Shown: positions 58,619-64,000 of the stretch, one piece after another
Position numbering within the stretch: the first letter of the stretch is position 1
Layout of the letters: each line of letters starts with the position of its first letter
DNA from: Candidatus Kapaibacterium sp.
GTDB lineage: Bacteria > Bacteroidota > Ignavibacteria > Kapaibacteriales > UBA2268
Assembly (NCBI GenBank): GCA_963665665.1
Contig: OY762428.1
Coordinates: 1,440,001 to 1,504,000 of the forward strand
Direction: 5' to 3'
Length of the DNA stretch: 64,000 nt
Made by a program: the position numbers and the translations under genes
The notes under the pieces: model-generated
The model's input: only the letters and a program-made list of their open reading frames with translations
Databases searched by the model: none
What the model was told of the DNA's origin: nothing

Positions 58619-59674
58619 TTACTTTAGCATCACGAATAATGCAATCGCCATGAAACAAAGGAATGATAATGGTACAAGTACTTTCCATCCCACATACATA
58701 AGCTGGTCAACCCTGAGTCTCGGAAGTGTCCAGCGCAGCCAAATCTGAAGGAATACAAAGCAGAAGGCTTTTAGGATAAACCATGCAGGCTGCATCCATG
58801 GCTGATTCAGGAAATCACCAAAAGGAGAGTTCCAGCCGCCAAGGAAAAGAATTGTTATCAGAGCTGAAACAACGAACATATTTGCGTATTCAGCAAAGAA
58901 GAACATTGCAAATTTCATTCCGCTGTATTCCGTGTGATAACCGGCAACGATCTCTGATTCGCCCTCGGGAATGTCAAAAGGTGTCCTGTTTGTTTCTGCA
59001 AGAGACGCTAAGATATAGATGAGAAATAAACCAAAAGTAAAAGGCAAAATAAATATCTGCCAGAAAGAGGTCCATTCACCACCAAAAATATACCAGTTCC
59101 AGAACCAACCGTCCTGGTTTTGATTTATCACCTGCATATCCAGGGAACCTGCCATAGCAGCAATAGTAAGAAGTACCATAGCCGCGGGTATCTCGTAACT
59201 GATTATCTGAGCAGCAGCACGCATGGCGCCAAGTATCGAATATTTATTATTCGAAGCCCAACCGCCCATAACGATACCAATTACACCAAAAGATCCGATA
59301 GCAAATATGAAAAACAAGCCAAGGTTGATATTAGCCGGAACAAATACCGAGCTAAAAGGAATCACCGCGAATGCGGCGTAAGCACCGATAAACATTATAA
59401 ACGGCGCAAGGTTAAACAAGGGCTTATTAGCCGCGTCGGGTGTAATATCTTCCTTCTGTAGAAGTTTCACTACTTCGGCTATCGGCTGAAAAATTCCCCA
59501 GGGGCCTGTACGCATTGGCCCGAGGTGCTCCTGAACGAATGAAGCGATTTTCAATTCACCGAGAATTGCCACAAGGGCATAAGGCAAAAGGAAAAGCAGC
59601 GGTAATATTGATATTAACGCTATCGCTATAAACTCGTTGCTGAATAATCCGTAAATAAAATTACTTTCCATCAT
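58619..59674 (-). CDS. nuoH: NADH-quinone oxidoreductase subunit H
   Basis: SNNKYSILG, AETNRTPFDIPEGESE, PRLRVDQL. Confidence 0.96.
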   Translation of the reverse strand: MMESNFIYGLFSNEFIAIALISILPLLFLLPYALVAILGELKIASFVQEHLGPMRTGPWGIFQPIAEVVKLLQKEDITPDAANKPLFNLAPFIMFIGAYAAFAVIPFSSVFVPANINLGLFFIFAIGSFGVIGIVMGGWASNNKYSILGAMRAAAQIISYEIPAAMVLLTIAAMAGSLDMQVINQNQDGWFWNWYIFGGEWTSFWQIFILPFTFGLFLIYILASLAETNRTPFDIPEGESEIVAGYHTEYSGMKFAMFFFAEYANMFVVSALITILFLGGWNSPFGDFLNQPWMQPAWFILKAFCFVFLQIWLRWTLPRLRVDQLMYVGWKVLVPLSFLCFMAIALFVMLK

Positions 59675-59710
59675 TTAATCGGATTTATGTTATAAATATT
59701 ATTTGTCATC

Positions 59711-60862
59711 TTATCTGTCAACTTCCCCAAGCACGATATCTATTGAACCAAGTATCAGGATTAAGTCCGCTACCATATATCCCTTGGAAATTTCCGGCAA
59801 TACTGCAAGGTTTACGAAACTTGTAGCCCTGGAACGCACCCTCTGCGGTTTCGGTTTTCCGTCGGATACAACGTAGAATCCAAGCTCGCCTTTCGGGTTT
59901 TCAGTTCTGCAATAAACTTCGCCTTTCGGAGGCCTGAGTTTCTTGGGAATATTTTCTTTCACGTCGCCTTCGGTCGGCATCTGCGCAACGGCCTGCTCGA
60001 TAATCTTGCAGCTTTCTTCCATTTCGCGCATCCTTACCATGTTACGGTCCCAACTGTCGCCGACAGTTCCTACATCGCCCTTACCCACCTGAACTTCAAA
60101 ATCGAACCTGTCATAAATTGAATATGGTTCTGATTTTCTCAGATCGAAAGGAAGTCCCGAACCGCGAAGAACCGGGCCGCTGCAGGCATAATTCACGGCA
60201 ACATCAGCCGGAAGTATACCAACATTAGCACAACGTTTCACGAATATTTCATTATATATCAGAAGGTTTTCAATTTCAGCATTTGTTTCTCTTACCTGCT
60301 TAACAACTGCCAGGCAGTCTTCTTTGAAGGTTGGGGAAACATCCGCGGCAAGGCCGCCAACCCTGAAATAATTATAAAGCAAACGTCCGCCGGAAGCCTT
60401 TTCGAATATATTCAGGATCCATTCACGATCGCGGAATAAATACAGGAAAGGAGTAAACGCTCCGGCGTCAAGGCCGAATGTTGCAACTGCTATCTGGTGA
60501 TTGGCAATCCTGTTCAGTTCTGCCATTATTACACGGATGTATTCAACTTTTTCAGTAGGTTGAACATCCATAAGTTTTTCAACAGCCATAATATAAGGCC
60601 ACTCGTTATTCATCGAGGAGATATAATCCAGCCTGTCGATATAAGGAGTAACCTGCGGATATGTCATCACTTCACAGTGTTTTTCGAAACAGCGGTGCAG
60701 GTAGCCGACATGCGGGATAACATCAGTAACGATCTCGCCCTCGAGTTCGACTTCCAGGCGTAGCACACCGTGTGTTGACGGGTGCTGCGGGCCGACGTTA
60801 ACACGCATTCTCTCGGCTTGTACAGCGCCAAAATCGTATTCAAATATTTTTCTCTCAGCCAC
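59711..60862 (-). CDS. nuoD: NADH-quinone oxidoreductase subunit D
   Basis: NVGPQHPSTHGVLR, GYLHR, DRLDY, DIVLGEVDR. No NiFe CxxC motifs. Confidence 0.96.
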   Translation of the reverse strand: MAERKIFEYDFGAVQAERMRVNVGPQHPSTHGVLRLEVELEGEIVTDVIPHVGYLHRCFEKHCEVMTYPQVTPYIDRLDYISSMNNEWPYIMAVEKLMDVQPTEKVEYIRVIMAELNRIANHQIAVATFGLDAGAFTPFLYLFRDREWILNIFEKASGGRLLYNYFRVGGLAADVSPTFKEDCLAVVKQVRETNAEIENLLIYNEIFVKRCANVGILPADVAVNYACSGPVLRGSGLPFDLRKSEPYSIYDRFDFEVQVGKGDVGTVGDSWDRNMVRMREMEESCKIIEQAVAQMPTEGDVKENIPKKLRPPKGEVYCRTENPKGELGFYVVSDGKPKPQRVRSRATSFVNLAVLPEISKGYMVADLILILGSIDIVLGEVDR

Positions 60863-60891
60863 TATTTATACCCGTTTTTTCATTAATAAAA

Positions 60892-61368
60892 TCAATATGG
60901 TACTTTAATACCGTGATATTCTTCCTGAACCTTGTAGTCCTTACGCAAAGGATGGCCTTCCCAATCGTAACAGGTAAGTATCCTGATAAGGTTGTGATGC
61001 CCGTCGAATTTTATACCGAACATATCCCAGGCCTCGCGCTCATGCCAGTCGGCAGTACGCCAGACATTTTCAACTGTTTCGATATGCGGGTCTTCGCGGT
61101 CAAGTTCTACTTTAAGAACAATGCTGTGCTTATGCTTAACAGAATAAAAATGATAAACCACTCCGAGTTTATCACCGTAATCCATACCGCTCAGGTTTGT
61201 CATATAATCGAAAAGCATTTCTTCGTTATCCCTGAGCTCAAGGCATATATCTACAATTTTTTCAGGATTCACGTTAATAAACGGATCAGAAGGCTCTTCG
61301 GCAATCAGATCGATGATCGCATCGCCGAACTCTTCTTTTAGTTTCTCGAATATTTCCTGAGCTGTCAT
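60892..61368 (-). CDS. nuoC: NADH-quinone oxidoreductase subunit C
   Basis: WHEREAWDMFGIKFDGH...GHPLRKDY. Confidence 0.95.
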   Translation of the reverse strand: MTAQEIFEKLKEEFGDAIIDLIAEEPSDPFINVNPEKIVDICLELRDNEEMLFDYMTNLSGMDYGDKLGVVYHFYSVKHKHSIVLKVELDREDPHIETVENVWRTADWHEREAWDMFGIKFDGHHNLIRILTCYDWEGHPLRKDYKVQEEYHGIKVPY

Positions 61369-61400
61369 AATTCCCCGAAATTAATTATTACTACAAGGGA

Positions 61401-61961
61401 TTAATGATCAACTTCCGCATTGGCTTTTGCTTCTTCAGCAACTTTATCCTCGGCGGCAAGTCTTTCACGTTTCTTGAAAATTTCTTCTTTCTTTATCTTT
61501 GACTGAAGCTGTATCATTCCTTCAAGGAATGCTTCGGGCCTTGGCGGGCAACCGGGAATATATACATCCACCGGGATAATCCTGTCCACGCCTTTCAGAA
61601 CATGGTAGCCATGCTCCCAGTAAGGGCCGCCGCAATTGGCGCATGAACCCATGGAAACAACATATTTTGGCTCTGCCATTTGCTCGTAAAGCCTTTTTAC
61701 TCTTTCAGCCATTTTTATCGTTACTGTACCGGAAATGATAATAAAATCTGCCTGGCGCGGACTTGCTCTGGGAATACATCCGAATCTCATGAAGCTAAAA
61801 TGCGCTGCGTTTGCAGCCATGAATTCAATTGCGCAGCAAGCCAGACCAAAATGAAGATACCAGTCAGACTTCGACCTGCCCCAGTTTAAAACATCCTCCA
61901 TTGTGCCGAGTATTATACCATCAGCATTGTAAGGATCGCCAAGCTTATTCAGTAGTCCCAT
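61401..61961 (-). CDS. nuoB: NADH-quinone oxidoreductase subunit B
   Basis: [32 protein letters not shown]. Confidence 0.96.
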   Translation of the reverse strand: MGLLNKLGDPYNADGIILGTMEDVLNWGRSKSDWYLHFGLACCAIEFMAANAAHFSFMRFGCIPRASPRQADFIIISGTVTIKMAERVKRLYEQMAEPKYVVSMGSCANCGGPYWEHGYHVLKGVDRIIPVDVYIPGCPPRPEAFLEGMIQLQSKIKKEEIFKKRERLAAEDKVAEEAKANAEVDH

Positions 61962-62014
61962 CAGCGACTCCGATTCTTATTAAATACCATTAATTCAAAT
62001 TACTCCGACAGCAG

Positions 62015-62443
62015 TTATTGCTGCTGTGCTTCCCGGTCTTTCTTTGTTATCACAAGGTCTTTCAAATTCGGAATGTAGGGTTTCGGTTTATCCCATTCCA
62101 AATCGCCTTTTGCCCATACATAAGCCAGCCCTGCAAGAAGAATTACCACGAATACGAACATCTCGATGAAAGCAAACCACCCGAGGCCTTTGAAAACTGT
62201 TGCCCAGGGAAATAAAAATACGACTTCCACGTCAAACAGCAAGAAGACAAGAGCTACTACGTAAAACCTGGGATTAAATCTAATCCAGGGAGTGCCTATA
62301 GGTTCCTCGCCGCATTCGTAAGTGGATAATTTTTCTTTCGTGGGTTTGCTGGGCCTGACAATCGAGGAGGCAAATATACCTATTGCAACAAAAACACCAC
62401 CGATTATCATAAATAAAAGGATAATTCCAAAATCGGTTAGCAT
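62015..62443 (-). CDS. nuoA: NADH-quinone oxidoreductase subunit A
   Basis: YECG, FLLFDVEVVFLFPWA, KGDLEW. Confidence 0.96.
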   Translation of the reverse strand: MLTDFGIILLFMIIGGVFVAIGIFASSIVRPSKPTKEKLSTYECGEEPIGTPWIRFNPRFYVVALVFLLFDVEVVFLFPWATVFKGLGWFAFIEMFVFVVILLAGLAYVWAKGDLEWDKPKPYIPNLKDLVITKKDREAQQQ

Positions 62444-62834
62444 AAATTCCCCACTATGATTATTAATATCTAAATGCTCTGTTACAAGCAGTCAAGTTCT
62501 AAAATAAGGAAATTTATCATAAATATCGATTTTTTTTGCTGTTTTTCTAAATTTTTTTTTCAACCGGAATTTTCAAATTATTTATAATCAATAATTTAAT
62601 TACAAACAATATTCCCCGGCGGTAATTTTTTAAAATCAGCATCAATACTAATAATAATTAAATTTCCGAATTTCTTTTTCCAATCACTTAATAATAAGAA
62701 AAAATGATTACTATTACAGCTATGTTTCTTTATCTGTAATCGTGATGTGTGCACATCAAAATCATACGCCCAAAGCAGTATCTGTCCTATCAAACTTAAT
62801 TATGTGTGATAATTGAATTTGCCTGATTCCGAAT

Positions 62835-62866
62835 AAAAAAAGCTCCGGAAAACTACTCCGGAGCTT
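62835..62866 (-). terminator. Intrinsic terminator after the Fe-S oxidoreductase
   Basis: AAGCTCCGGA...TCCGGAGCTT with a U-tract on the minus strand. Confidence 0.7.
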
Positions 62867-62890
62867 AATAAAAAATATTTATTAAAAAGA

Positions 62891-64000
62891 TTATTTATCC
62901 AGATTTTCCAGGATAATCTCTGCAATATCTTTAACCTCTATGTTTTCTTTGTCGAGAGCTTTCACGCCGTCGGTAAGCATGGTCATACAGAAAGGACAGT
63001 TAGCCGCAATAGTATCGGCTCCTGTTGCCAGTAGTTCTTCTGTACGTTCGATATTAACCCTCTTTCCTTCAGTCTCTTCCATGAACATCTGTCCGCCGCC
63101 GGCACCGCAGCAGAATCCTTTATCGCCGGTTCGGCCCGGTTCCAGTATGCTCAGCCCGGGAACACTTTTAATTGTATTTCTCGGAGCTTCGAATATACCG
63201 TTGTAGCGGCCCAGGTAACATGAATCATGATAAGCAACTTTCCTGGCTCCATTGCCTTTAAGTTTCAGCTTGCCTTCTTTTATAAGCTGGTTTAAAAATT
63301 CCGAATGAGGAATAACTTCATATTCCGCACCAAACAAAGGATAATCATTTTTAAATGTGTTGAAGCAATGCGGACATATAGTAACAATTTTCTTAACATC
63401 ATATGCGCTCATTGTTTCGATGTTTGTTTTTACCAGCATATCAGCCAGGTATTCATTACCGGTTCTGCGGGCAATATCGCCGTTGCACATTTCTTCTGTA
63501 CCAAGAATAGCGTAATTTACGCCTGCCTCGTTAAGCAGCTTGCTGAAAGCCATAGATATTTTCTTTGCCCTGTCGTCATAGCTGCCCGCGCAGCCAACCC
63601 AGAACAAAACATCAAAATCCTGCTTCTCGGCAGCAGTAGGAACTTCAAGCCCCTCTGCCCAGTCAGCTCGCTCTTCCTGTGAAAATGACCAGGGTGTGGC
63701 GTTATTTTCCAGATCGCCAAAGCTTGACTGCAATTCTGCAGGAAAATCTGATTCCATCATCACAAGGTTTCGCCTCATGCCAACAATAACCGGAACATGT
63801 TCGATTGATACAGGGCATTCCTGCATACATGCACCGCATGTAGTACACTGCCATAGAGCTGTTGTACTTTCATAATCACCAACAAAGCGTTTTTCAAGAA
63901 CTTTTTGTTCATCCTCAGTAAGTTCTGCCTCCGGATTATCCTGAAGTTTCAAAATAATAGCGGCAGCATCAACCGTGCGTTCCCTCATCTGAACAATTAT
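62891..64000 (-). CDS. Fe-S oxidoreductase with CCG domains (HdrD/GlpC/FadF-like), 5' part outside window
   Basis: CTTCGACMQECP, WVGC, CPHC, YHDSCYLGR, CCGAGGG, CPFC. Frame open to the window end. Confidence 0.9.
   Translation of the reverse strand: MIVQMRERTVDAAAIILKLQDNPEAELTEDEQKVLEKRFVGDYESTTALWQCTTCGACMQECPVSIEHVPVIVGMRRNLVMMESDFPAELQSSFGDLENNATPWSFSQEERADWAEGLEVPTAAEKQDFDVLFWVGCAGSYDDRAKKISMAFSKLLNEAGVNYAILGTEEMCNGDIARRTGNEYLADMLVKTNIETMSAYDVKKIVTICPHCFNTFKNDYPLFGAEYEVIPHSEFLNQLIKEGKLKLKGNGARKVAYHDSCYLGRYNGIFEAPRNTIKSVPGLSILEPGRTGDKGFCCGAGGGQMFMEETEGKRVNIERTEELLATGADTIAANCPFCMTMLTDGVKALDKENIEVKDIAEIILENLDK

Noticed and set aside
62700-62810. Cys-containing short reading frame upstream of nuoA as another precursor
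   Set aside because: No start codon or leader, and no CxxG motifs.
93-63720. Numerous 60-225 aa ORFs antisense to or overlapping well-supported genes
   Set aside because: Shadow ORFs with no recognisable motifs.

Overview
Bacterial chromosomal window, AT-rich, from an anaerobe of the Bacteroidota/Chlorobi/Ignavibacteria/Kapabacteria (FCB) group. This placement is inferred from T9SS C-terminal sorting domains, an 11-subunit complex I, an [FeFe]-hydrogenase, PFOR and flagellins. The main result is a multi-precursor radical-SAM RiPP system. At 1-8.4 kb lies a SynChlorMet-like cassette: two rSAM/SPASM enzymes (ScmE-, ScmF-like), an ScmC-like P-loop protein and an S26 peptidase. It also carries a second HPr-kinase-like protein, a PAPS sulfotransferase, an antisense third rSAM and four short precursor peptides (leader YCxPE[VI][VI]DF[KR]WM). 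Six further precursor-like genes (leader MxYxK[PL]x[LI]) are scattered on the + strand at 43-51 kb between minus-strand energy and iron genes. All ten share 4-6 C-x(2-3)-G motifs and a fixed 16-17 residue Tyr-to-first-CxxG distance. Also present: two related, oppositely oriented 21-bp tandem arrays flanking an AT-rich core (22.9-24.8 kb), an ECF sigma with a T9SS-CTD-bearing partner, a ~120-nt hairpin ncRNA candidate, tandem flagellins, HicBA, an RloAB/AbiL-like pair flanked by direct repeats, and housekeeping genes (queD, queF, rlmB, polA, ppx, hemL, ferritin, nuoABCDHIJKLMN). No rRNA, tRNA, CRISPR array or transposase was seen. All family calls come from motif recognition, not from database searches.
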